Positions 24,338 to 31,462 of a stretch of DNA of 31,462 nucleotides are shown here, piece by piece. Numbering within the stretch: the first letter of the stretch is position 1; every line of letters begins with the position of its first letter. The position numbers and the translations under genes were made by a program. Source of the DNA: a virus (taxonomy: Duplodnaviria; Caudoviricetes); IMG/VR virus record IMGVR_UViG_3300036987_000047, positions 1 through 31,462 of that record. The stretch is one strand, 5' to 3'. The notes under the pieces were generated by a model. That model did not search any database. It was given only the letters and a program-made list of their open reading frames with translations, and had not been told where the DNA came from.

Positions 24338-26050
24338 ATGACCATCGAGACCGTTATTTCCCGCGTGGTGTATACCGCCTCTTCTGCGCAGACGGAGTTT
24401 CCGTTTGCCTACAAGTTCCTCGAAAATGCCGACTTGCTGGTCTACGTCGATGACGACTTGCAAACAAGCGGTTACACAGTCACGGGCGCAGGGCTGGACG
24501 CTGGCGGGGAAGTCACATTCGCTGTGGGCCTGACTGCCGGGCAGGTCGTAGCGATATCCCGCGCGCCCGCCATTACCCAAGAGGTCGATTACGTCGAAAA
24601 CGATCCGTTCCCTGCTGAAACGCACGAGGGCGCGCTCGACAAGCTGACGATGGTCTGCCAGAGGCTTGAAGACGGGGTGCTGCGTGCTGTCAAGCTTGGT
24701 GTTGGCTCTTCCTTGTCCGACATTGCGTTGGCCGAACCGGAAGCCAATAAGGCCCTTGTTTGGAACTCCGGAGGGACCGGGATTGAGAACGGCCCAACGA
24801 CTACTGAAATTTCCAACGCCCAGACTTACGCCACGAACGCCTCAGCAAGCGCTTCCGCTGCCATAACTGCCCAGGGCCTTGCCGAAGACGCCAGGGATGC
24901 GGCGCAGGGGTATGCCTCTTCCGCTTCTGACGATGCTGACACGGCTTCAGCGGGCGCGGCGGTCATCACGACCAACCTGACGGCCATCAACAACATCACG
25001 ACCAACCTCGCCGCGATACAGGGCGCGTCTGCGAATGCGGCGACAGCCACGGCGAAGGCCGGGGAGGCGTCTGGTTCTGCGGCCCTTGCGTCGGAGTGGG
25101 CGATCAACCCGGAAAACGACCCGATCACTGGCTACCCTGGCGAGTACAGCGCACGGCATTGGGCCGCAAAGGCTGCCGCCGCTGCTTCTGGCGGGGCGGT
25201 CAAGGCCAGCGCAGACGACACCACGCCCGGCTATCTTGAGGACAAACTGGCCCTGGCGTCCAATAGCGGCCTTGTGCTGGCGACTCTGAACCCCGGCGGC
25301 AACGAGGTGCGCACCATCGCCGCAGACTTCGGCAGCACGGCGGGGAAGGTGACGCAGGGCAACGATGCGCGCTTGTCCGACACGAGAACGCCCACGGACA
25401 ACAGCGTCGGACTGGATCAGCTCACGCACGGCACGGCGGGGAACCTGTACACCTTCGCGTCGAATGGAGCGCCCGCTTTCGTGGCGACGGGTACTGCCGG
25501 GCAGGTGTTGAAAAGCGCTGGCGCGGGCCAGCCGCCCGCCTTCGGGGACGCTTCCGGCGGCATGTGGGAATACGTGAGGACGGACACGGCCAGCAACAAC
25601 GCGACCGTGGACTTCACCGGGCTCGCCCCCGCGACTTACGACTACATGATCGTGATTTCGAGCCTGGCCCCCGTCACGGACAACACGGACCTGTACCTGC
25701 GCCTGGGCTTCGGTGGCACGCCGACGTACTCGGCGCAGGTGTACTGGTACAGCGGCATGAACATCCCGTTCGCCGGGACGCACGCGGAGTTCGTCGGCGC
25801 GAACACCACGCAGTACCTGGTCGGCAGGTACTTTGGTAACGGCTATTCAGCGCAGCGTGTCGAAATTATCATTGCCGCCAGCGCGGCCAACCATGCGATG
25901 GGCAATGCGCGCGGGGTGACGGAGGACCACACCTTCACCTCCGGTTTCATTAACCTCGATACCGGGCCGTTCACGGCGATCCGGCTGTACATGTCCGCAG
26001 GCAACATCGGCGGCGGCACGTTCGAACTGTACCGCCGCACCAAGAACTAG
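24338..26050 (+). CDS. Tail fibre with T7 gp17-type N-terminal anchor
   Basis: FPFAYKF....DL.VY...YTVTG...GG.VTF...FPAETHE.ALDKLTM; Ala/Thr-rich shaft; beta-rich C-terminal tip. Confidence 0.85.
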   Translation: MTIETVISRVVYTASSAQTEFPFAYKFLENADLLVYVDDDLQTSGYTVTGAGLDAGGEVTFAVGLTAGQVVAISRAPAITQEVDYVENDPFPAETHEGALDKLTMVCQRLEDGVLRAVKLGVGSSLSDIALAEPEANKALVWNSGGTGIENGPTTTEISNAQTYATNASASASAAITAQGLAEDARDAAQGYASSASDDADTASAGAAVITTNLTAINNITTNLAAIQGASANAATATAKAGEASGSAALASEWAINPENDPITGYPGEYSARHWAAKAAAAASGGAVKASADDTTPGYLEDKLALASNSGLVLATLNPGGNEVRTIAADFGSTAGKVTQGNDARLSDTRTPTDNSVGLDQLTHGTAGNLYTFASNGAPAFVATGTAGQVLKSAGAGQPPAFGDASGGMWEYVRTDTASNNATVDFTGLAPATYDYMIVISSLAPVTDNTDLYLRLGFGGTPTYSAQVYWYSGMNIPFAGTHAEFVGANTTQYLVGRYFGNGYSAQRVEIIIAASAANHAMGNARGVTEDHTFTSGFINLDTGPFTAIRLYMSAGNIGGGTFELYRRTKN

Positions 26051-26058
26051 GAGGCAGC

Positions 26059-26373
26059 ATGAGCTACACGAGACTGGTCAACGGCGAAGTGGTCGAAATG
26101 ACGCAGGAAGAGATCGAGGCGCGGCAGGCGGAAGAAGCGGCGGGGCAGATCGGCCTTGTGAACGCCGCCATTCGTAAGCAACTGGAAGATGTCGATGCTC
26201 TACAGACCAAGCACCTTGTGGGCAAGGCCCTGTCTGGCTGCACGGCTGTCATAAACAGGCCGGGGTGCCGCATCGACGGAATGACTCCGGCCCAGGCGAT
26301 TGTGGCGCTCGACGCCGAGCGTGAGGCCCTCCTGGCGCAGTTGGTGGATGACGTGTACTATCAAAGCAAGTAG
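26059..26373 (+). CDS. Putative tail-fibre assembly/chaperone protein
   Basis: GGAGG SD; VNGEVVEMTQEEIEAR motif directly after the fibre. Confidence 0.55.
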   Translation: MSYTRLVNGEVVEMTQEEIEARQAEEAAGQIGLVNAAIRKQLEDVDALQTKHLVGKALSGCTAVINRPGCRIDGMTPAQAIVALDAEREALLAQLVDDVYYQSK

Positions 26374-26384
26374 CCGTTGAAACG

Positions 26385-26416
26385 AAAAAAAGGGGGCCAC
26401 AAGGCCCCCTACTTTT
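26385..26416. terminator. Bidirectional intrinsic terminator between the convergent late and early-left operons
   Basis: A7-GGGGGCC-ACAA-GGCCCCC-TACTTTT. Confidence 0.85.
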
Positions 26417-26431
26417 CTCTGCCCGCTCGGG

Positions 26432-26572
26432 CTACACCAGGACGGGAATCTTGCCCAGAACCGGGTCCCCGGTGGCCTTCGTGTTCGGGTCCAGGATGTT
26501 TTCCATCCAGGCCGCCCACTCAATGACGGTTTGCTGCTCCCTCTCCTCGGTGGGGCATGGAAGCGCGCTCAT
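26432..26572 (-). pseudogene. 46-aa ORF, possible truncated VRR-NUC-type nuclease N-terminus
   Basis: MSALPCPTEEREQQTVIEWA... then an early stop; ATGA-coupled to the upstream gene. Confidence 0.35.
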
Positions 26573-26883
26573 GGCTTCACCTCCACCGCCGCGAGGGCGG
26601 CTTTCTTGACCTTATCCAGCATAGCTACCGCCTCTGGCGTCTGCGGAGGCCTGGAGTACGCTGCCTCAAGCCAAGGGATAACCCTCGCCAGTTCCTCCTC
26701 CAACTCCTCAACCCTCTTGTCCCGCTCGGCCAGCGCGGCGGCCTGGGCGTGGATGTGGGCTTCGTGGTCGGAGTAGAGAACAACGATATCAAAATCTTCT
26801 TCGTCGCCTTCTACGGCCTCCCGCAGGTATGGGATGTATTCTCCGCTGCCGATGTACTTGAGATCAGAAGCATACTTTTTCAT
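26569..26883 (-). CDS. Ead-like hypothetical protein
   Basis: AAGGAG SD; VVLYSDHEA plus coiled coil; ends EVKP. Confidence 0.65.
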   Translation of the reverse strand: MKKYASDLKYIGSGEYIPYLREAVEGDEEDFDIVVLYSDHEAHIHAQAAALAERDKRVEELEEELARVIPWLEAAYSRPPQTPEAVAMLDKVKKAALAAVEVKP

Positions 26884-27029
26884 TTGTTGATCTCCTTCTT
26901 TGTTGGTGGGAAGCGTCTGTCAGTCTGCTGCTGCTGACATGCAATCCGGCATTGGCACTTCTCGCAACGCTTGCTTGGTCTGCCGTCCAGGGCATCGTGC
27001 GTGTAGTAGCCGAAACATTCAGGAACCAT
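26880..27029 (-). CDS. Small Cys4 protein (MVPECFGYY...CEKCQCRIAC, 49 aa)
   Basis: GGAGG SD; ATGA overlap with the downstream gene. Confidence 0.55.
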   Translation of the reverse strand: MVPECFGYYTHDALDGRPSKRCEKCQCRIACQQQQTDRRFPPTKKEINK

Positions 27030-27171
27030 TGTCGACCTCCTTGAGCGCGTCCCGCAGGTCGCGGGCGCTTTCGAGCGTTACGGCAATCATCGGGACGCCG
27101 TTGTTGCTGTCTGACCAGCGGCGCATGGCATCCTCGAACTCGCAAATTGCTGCATCGAAGGTGGTGCTCAT
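27019..27171 (-). CDS. Small hypothetical protein (50 aa)
   Basis: GGAGG SD and ATGA overlap; MSTTFDAAICEF...KEVDNGS. Confidence 0.55.
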   Translation of the reverse strand: MSTTFDAAICEFEDAMRRWSDSNNGVPMIAVTLESARDLRDALKEVDNGS

Positions 27172-27557
27172 TTCGTTTCCTCCAGGGCGGAGCACATTAC
27201 CCCAAAAACAATTTGCAGCTCTTCGTACATTTCTTTGCGTTTACCTTCCTGGGACCAATCCCGATACAGCGCTTTCAGCACAACACGGGTGATTTGGTCC
27301 GCTGATGCAGCAGTCTCCCGCACCCTCTCCAGCTTCTCCAGCCTGTCCAGCAGGCCCGGCAGGGCGTTGTGCGCATCCACGAGGTCTTGTATCGACGGCT
27401 CTTCCAGGTTGCACAGCCGCCGCAGGTCCTTGGTGTCGGTCGGGCTAGGCATTGAGCCCTCCGTTCGCGCCTTGCGCGACTGAATGATGAGCAGGCGGAT
27501 GAGCAGGCGTACGCGCTGCCACTCCAGGTCTGTCCAAGGTCGGGTATGGCTAGGCAT
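27168..27557 (-). CDS. Ead/Ea22-like protein (alternative in-frame start 27452)
   Basis: AHNALPGLLDRLEKLE motif; both ATGs are preceded by GGAGG. Confidence 0.55.
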   Translation of the reverse strand: MPSHTRPWTDLEWQRVRLLIRLLIIQSRKARTEGSMPSPTDTKDLRRLCNLEEPSIQDLVDAHNALPGLLDRLEKLERVRETAASADQITRVVLKALYRDWSQEGKRKEMYEELQIVFGVMCSALEETK

Positions 27558-28122
27558 GAGGGGCCTCCATTTCACACAGAGCGCGCTCTGTGGCTGCGGC
27601 AAGCCCCTTGCGCATCTTGTTCAGCCGCGACAACTCTGAACTCAAGCGCCGTTGCTCCCAGCTCACTTTCAGTTGCAGGCTAGCGACACTCAAGCCGTCG
27701 CGAAGAATTCCAGCGCAGTCCAGGCGGCGCAGAACGCTGTACATCAGGCGCTTATCGGCCTTGTCTGTGTCGTTTTGCGGGAAGCAAGAGGCCTCGGCCT
27801 CGCGTCTGATGACGCGGCCATGCACAGATAGGAGGCCCCAGCCTTCCGGCAACTCATCGGTGGCGATGATGCCAGCCGGGGACATGTAATAGCGTACATT
27901 CCCCATACCCCGCTCCGGGCATTTGCGGTGGAATTTGTGCGCGTCCCGCAAGAAGTCCGCGCGGCTCACCTTGCACTCAATGATGCAGGAAGTGCCGCCG
28001 GAGTTTAGCCCCCATGCGTCCGGTATTTCTCCTCCGGCGGTGTAAAGTTCGGGCAGGGCCACCTTGAAGCCGTTTCGGCGCAGCCACGCGGTGGCGCGGG
28101 CAACAAGGACGGGGTGTGACAT
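27550..28122 (-). CDS. MmcB-like PD-(D/E)XK nuclease
   Basis: EIPDAWG....IIECKVSRADFLRD..K...GMGN.RYY..P.G.I...ELPEGWGLL. Confidence 0.75.
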   Translation of the reverse strand: MSHPVLVARATAWLRRNGFKVALPELYTAGGEIPDAWGLNSGGTSCIIECKVSRADFLRDAHKFHRKCPERGMGNVRYYMSPAGIIATDELPEGWGLLSVHGRVIRREAEASCFPQNDTDKADKRLMYSVLRRLDCAGILRDGLSVASLQLKVSWEQRRLSSELSRLNKMRKGLAAATERALCEMEAPHA

Positions 28123-28214
28123 GCTGCTCACAACACCCCCAGCAGCGGCAGTCCGCTTGCCCGCTCTCGCGCAAAGTCCTCGGTGTAGTTGGCAAAACGG
28201 TCCATTTCTCCCCC

Positions 28215-29333
28215 TCACTTCGGCCACGGAATGGGCTGTTTGCGCAGGTTGTCTCGGTACTGCTTTTGCGCTTTGCAGGGCTCGGCGAAATCGCAGGACT
28301 TGCACGGGATGTGCGGCGGGGTAGGTTCGCAGCCGGCGCGGGCAGGCTCGTGGCCGAGCAGGCCGAAGCACGGGGGGTGGGGCGGGATAGCTCCGGGCAT
28401 GGTCGTGGAGGTCGTGCGCGTGACGCTGATGCCGATGCTTTCCAGGTGCCGCAGGGCCATGTTGACCTCGCCTTCACGGGCCGCGTCGAACTCCAGGCGG
28501 ACGGACAGGCTCTTGCGCGCCGGGGAATGTTCAACGGCCCCGGCGAAGGATACCCGGTCCCCCGGCAGCTTCCCTTCCAAGGGGCAACCGCTGGCGGTCG
28601 CCGTGGACACGGGGGCCACATTCTCGCGGGCCATGGCTTCGGCCTTGAGCGTGTAGGCTGCGTTGATGCGCGTGAGCACGTCGCCCAGGGGGATGGCCAG
28701 GTCCTGAAGGTTCAGGAACTGGCTGGGCGGGATATTGAACCCGAAGGCCTGGGCCTGCCCGGCGCTGTGCTGTTCGATGGCCACGGCACGGTCCTGCTTC
28801 GCCTGCTCCAGCGCTGCGGCGTCACGCTCGGCCTTGATGTGGGCCAGAATGATGGCCTCGACCTCGGCCTTGACGGTCTTCATGGGCTTCGACTTGTTCA
28901 GCCAGGAGTCCTGGATCGGGATGGCCAGGCACGGGTAGCCCTGCTCTGCGGTCACGGCCTCGATCATGAACTGGACCTCGGTGCGCTTCTGCTCTCTGGC
29001 GCGGTCCTCGTGGTCCTTCACCTGGGCGCCCAGGGCGCTGTAGGTTTCGTCGAAGATGGCGCACACGGCCTTGATCTGCGCCTCGAACTCCTTGATGGGC
29101 GCGGAGACGAGCTTGACCGCCTCCTTGCGCGCATCGTCTAGCTTCTTCTTGGTGGCGTTCAGGTGCGCCATTTCGGACTTGATGCCTATGGCCTGGTCTT
29201 CGGTGACGATGAGGCCCTGGTACTGCGCGGCGATGTTCCTGGCCCAGGCCTCAAGCGCGGCGTAGTCGAAGCCGCCGATGGCCGGGGGCGTGAAGGTCAG
29301 GTTCAGGTCGGTGGGGTTGGTGTTGCCTTCCAT
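28215..29333 (-). CDS. DUF1351-like coiled-coil protein with C-terminal Cys4 extension
   Basis: Y.GLIVTED......K...A.LN..KK.LDD.RKE..K....PIKEFE...WLNKS; adjacent to the SSAP-like gene. Confidence 0.75.
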   Translation of the reverse strand: MEGNTNPTDLNLTFTPPAIGGFDYAALEAWARNIAAQYQGLIVTEDQAIGIKSEMAHLNATKKKLDDARKEAVKLVSAPIKEFEAQIKAVCAIFDETYSALGAQVKDHEDRAREQKRTEVQFMIEAVTAEQGYPCLAIPIQDSWLNKSKPMKTVKAEVEAIILAHIKAERDAAALEQAKQDRAVAIEQHSAGQAQAFGFNIPPSQFLNLQDLAIPLGDVLTRINAAYTLKAEAMARENVAPVSTATASGCPLEGKLPGDRVSFAGAVEHSPARKSLSVRLEFDAAREGEVNMALRHLESIGISVTRTTSTTMPGAIPPHPPCFGLLGHEPARAGCEPTPPHIPCKSCDFAEPCKAQKQYRDNLRKQPIPWPK

Positions 29334-29335
29334 GT

Positions 29336-30319
29336 CTACGCCGCCTTCTTGGTCAGCTCGGCAATGCGCGCGTCAAAGGCCTCCTTGATGGCCTTCTTGT
29401 CGCTCACTCCGTACCGGAGCTGGAAGTCTTCATCCTCCCACTCGGCCTTGAGGTCTTCGAGGCTCATCATGGACACGGCCTTGGTGAACACCTCCACATT
29501 GATGGGGTCGGGGCCATATCCCCCATCCTGGCCGGGCATCTGGTCCATTCCGCTGGGGGCCTGGAAGCCGCCCTGCTGCATGGGCTGGCCCTGGGCGGCC
29601 TTGGCCACGCCGGGGATCACTTCCGGCATGTCCTCGATGTCCTGGGTGAAGATGTCGGAGGCCCCGGTGGTGGTCAGAATGGCGTCCACGAAGGCGCGCT
29701 TCTTGGCCATCTTGAGCACGGTGTTGTAGTAGTCGGCGGGGTTGTCGTGTTCGACCCTGGCTTCGGCGCTCTTGGTGGTGAGCATCCACATGCCCGCGTC
29801 GTCCTTCTTGGTCCCGAAGCTCTCGCCTTCGACGCCTGCCGCCTTGGCCGCGTCAGCCAGGACCTTGGCCGCCTTCTTGGGGTCGGCCTTGCGGGTGTTC
29901 CAGTAGGCCTGCGGGACCGGCACAGCGGTGATCTCGCCGCCGCCCACGCGGAAGCGGTACTTGCCTTCCATGGTGGTGGCCGAGCCCACGCCGGAGCCGA
30001 CGAAGGCCCCGTTGAGCGCGTAGAGCTTGCACACGATCTCATATTCCCGGTGGCCGTTGCCTAACTCGGTCTTGGTGATGATGTACTCGGGCGCGATCTG
30101 GAACGTGCTGGAAAGCGCCTCGGCCCCCGGCTTGAGCAGGGTCGGCTTGTCACCGCAGCCGGGAATCTTGCCGAAGTGGACGTTGTCCTTCATGATGTGG
30201 GTCATGATCTCCTGAAGCATGTGCTTGCGCTTTAGGATGGCCTCGAACGGGACGGCCATGCTATCCAGGGTGGCAACGACGCCCCCCTGCGGTACGAGTG
30301 CTATCTGATTCTGTTCCAT
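29336..30319 (-). CDS. Putative single-strand annealing/recombination protein
   Basis: HFGKIPGCGDKPTLLKPGAEAL...NTVLKMAKKRAFVDAIL...ASDIFTQDIED; GGAGG SD before ATG 30319. Confidence 0.65.
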   Translation of the reverse strand: MEQNQIALVPQGGVVATLDSMAVPFEAILKRKHMLQEIMTHIMKDNVHFGKIPGCGDKPTLLKPGAEALSSTFQIAPEYIITKTELGNGHREYEIVCKLYALNGAFVGSGVGSATTMEGKYRFRVGGGEITAVPVPQAYWNTRKADPKKAAKVLADAAKAAGVEGESFGTKKDDAGMWMLTTKSAEARVEHDNPADYYNTVLKMAKKRAFVDAILTTTGASDIFTQDIEDMPEVIPGVAKAAQGQPMQQGGFQAPSGMDQMPGQDGGYGPDPINVEVFTKAVSMMSLEDLKAEWEDEDFQLRYGVSDKKAIKEAFDARIAELTKKAA

Positions 30320-30353
30320 TGCTTCCTCCGTTGTTGTGTCGAAATTCGCGGCC

Positions 30354-30524
30354 CTACGCCGCCCCACTCTCAAACCCGGCAATTTCGGCCAGCATTTGCA
30401 GTTCCTCTTCGGTGGTTTCCCCGTTTGTGATGGCGCGCTCCAGTTCGTGCAGGAACTCCGCGCCGACCTGATCCTGAAACTCGCGGAACAGCGGGCCGGG
30501 GATAGTGGTATAGCGGGCGCTCAT
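30354..30524 (-). CDS. Small acidic hypothetical protein (56 aa)
   Basis: ATGA overlap; MSARYTTIPG...FESGAA. Confidence 0.55.
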   Translation of the reverse strand: MSARYTTIPGPLFREFQDQVGAEFLHELERAITNGETTEEELQMLAEIAGFESGAA

Positions 30525-30772
30525 GCGGCACCTTCCTTCTTCTTTTGGTACGCCCGGTCAACGGCGTCTTCCCAAGGCGTTGGCGTTTTGTCTTTGAACT
30601 CTGGGCAGCTCTCCGCGCTCATATCCTCTCCGACCAGCGCTGTGATGCGCGGCCAGCCGTCGAGAGAGAGCGCCTCTGCGGCCTCTGGGCATCCTTCCTC
30701 GCTGTAGTGGATGCAGTCGCCGCAGGTGCAGTTTGGATGCAGAAGGCGCAGCTTGTAGGGGTCTCCGGGCAT
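30521..30772 (-). CDS. Small Cys-rich protein
   Basis: GGAGGA SD; CTCGDCIHY...GC...SCPEF. Confidence 0.6.
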   Translation of the reverse strand: MPGDPYKLRLLHPNCTCGDCIHYSEEGCPEAAEALSLDGWPRITALVGEDMSAESCPEFKDKTPTPWEDAVDRAYQKKKEGAA

Positions 30773-30781
30773 GGTTTCCTC

Positions 30782-31186
30782 CTAGTCAGTGTATGCGATG
30801 TATTCGAACCGGCCCTGGCCAAATGCCTTAAACCTGCCACCGAAGGTGCCCTTGACCTTAGCCTCTACCTGGTTCCGGGTCGTGCCGTCGGGGTAGACGC
30901 CCTGGCAGATTTGCGTACTCGCTGTGTGTGTTTTGACCCGGTAGTCTATCTTGGTCGGGTCGAGCGGGCGCGGCGCATACTCCCGCACAAGTAGGCCGAG
31001 GCCTCCAAGTTCGCGGTATGGCTCCGGGTTGTCCTCCCAGCCACAGACCGGGCACGTCAGGCGCGCATCGGTGCAGGCCCCGCATGGAGGCTTGATGTGG
31101 CAGGAACATTCCCGCTGCGGCCACGCCAGCTTGGCCTTGTGACACTCCGGGCAGTTGTCGCCCTCTTCGTAGAATCCGGCGTACAT
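30782..31186 (-). CDS. Multi-CxxC Zn-finger hypothetical protein
   Basis: EEGDNCPEC...CSCHIKPPCGAC....CPVCGW. Confidence 0.65.
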   Translation of the reverse strand: MYAGFYEEGDNCPECHKAKLAWPQRECSCHIKPPCGACTDARLTCPVCGWEDNPEPYRELGGLGLLVREYAPRPLDPTKIDYRVKTHTASTQICQGVYPDGTTRNQVEAKVKGTFGGRFKAFGQGRFEYIAYTD

Positions 31187-31191
31187 GCTCC

Positions 31192-31383
31192 CTATCCCCT
31201 CCACCACGCCACTATCTGGCGCAGCGTGTTTTCGTGCTGATCCAGGTACAGCGCCGCAAGAAACACGGTCAGCGCCAGGACTGAGCAGATGTAGACCCAG
31301 CGCGGGAGCGGCTGTTCTGACGGGATTATGCGGCAGGCGCGGGCCGGGTACGGTCTGGCGAATTGGCGCGCTGATGTTGGCAT
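31192..31383 (-). CDS. Small membrane protein
   Basis: GGAGGA SD; TM WVYICSVLALTVFLAALYL. Confidence 0.6.
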   Translation of the reverse strand: MPTSARQFARPYPARACRIIPSEQPLPRWVYICSVLALTVFLAALYLDQHENTLRQIVAWWRG

Positions 31384-31387
31384 ATGG

Positions 31388-31462
31388 CTAATCCTCCAGC
31401 GGCGCGTAGATGCCTTCGCCGCGACACATGCGCAGTAATTCTGCGCGTTGCCACTGACATTC
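31388..31462 (-). CDS. C-terminal fragment (...ECQWQRAELLRMCRGEGIYAPLED*), entering from the window end
   Basis: Open frame whose last codons carry the SD of the next gene; fits the C-terminus of the family whose N-terminus is at 47-1. Confidence 0.55.
   Translation of the reverse strand, partial: ECQWQRAELLRMCRGEGIYAPLED

Noticed and set aside
24950-25020. Short repeat ATCACGACCAACCT (x2) as a regulatory or CRISPR-like repeat
   Set aside because: It is an in-frame coding repeat (ITTNL) in the fibre shaft; no spacer array exists anywhere in the window.
8233-25783. Long minus-strand ORFs opposite structural genes (for example 8233-9330, 12867-13793, 16391-17743, 24947-25783) and plus-strand 28116-29141
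   Set aside because: These are shadow frames caused by high GC3 codon bias in the real genes; they have no SD or recognisable motifs.
24338-26420. BPP-1-type diversity-generating retroelement at the tail fibre
   Set aside because: No reverse transcriptase, no avd, and no template repeat differing at adenines was seen in the window.

Overview
The window is an almost complete genome (about 31.5 kb, GC-rich) of a BPP-1-style hybrid podovirus. A T7-like virion module (portal, scaffold, capsid, tail tubes A/B, GNAT, ejection proteins, gp17-type fibre; 7854-26373, + strand) is joined to lambdoid-style early and middle genes. These include a Cro-like HTH, an O-like initiator with a DUF6475-like partner, two HNH-AP2 nucleases, an Ogr-like Zn finger, a DUF5675/3TM-holin lysis cassette, and a leftward operon of small genes with an SSAP-like protein, DUF1351 and an MmcB-like nuclease. 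The two window ends appear to be the N- and C-terminus of one gene, so little sequence seems to be missing. I see no integrase, CI-type repressor, partition system, DNA polymerase or RNA polymerase. The most striking feature is the roughly 470-nt leftward leader (about 50-520, minus strand), which sits where cI normally would. It holds a 6-codon uORF, a mini-pseudoknot, a boxA-like site and a 14-bp helix enclosing a three-way junction plus a tRNA-like module with an expanded middle domain. Further cis-RNA structures precede the HNH/replication operon, an orphan wHTH gene and the major capsid gene. All family names come from motif recognition by eye and all RNA folds were paired by hand; no searches or folding programs were run.
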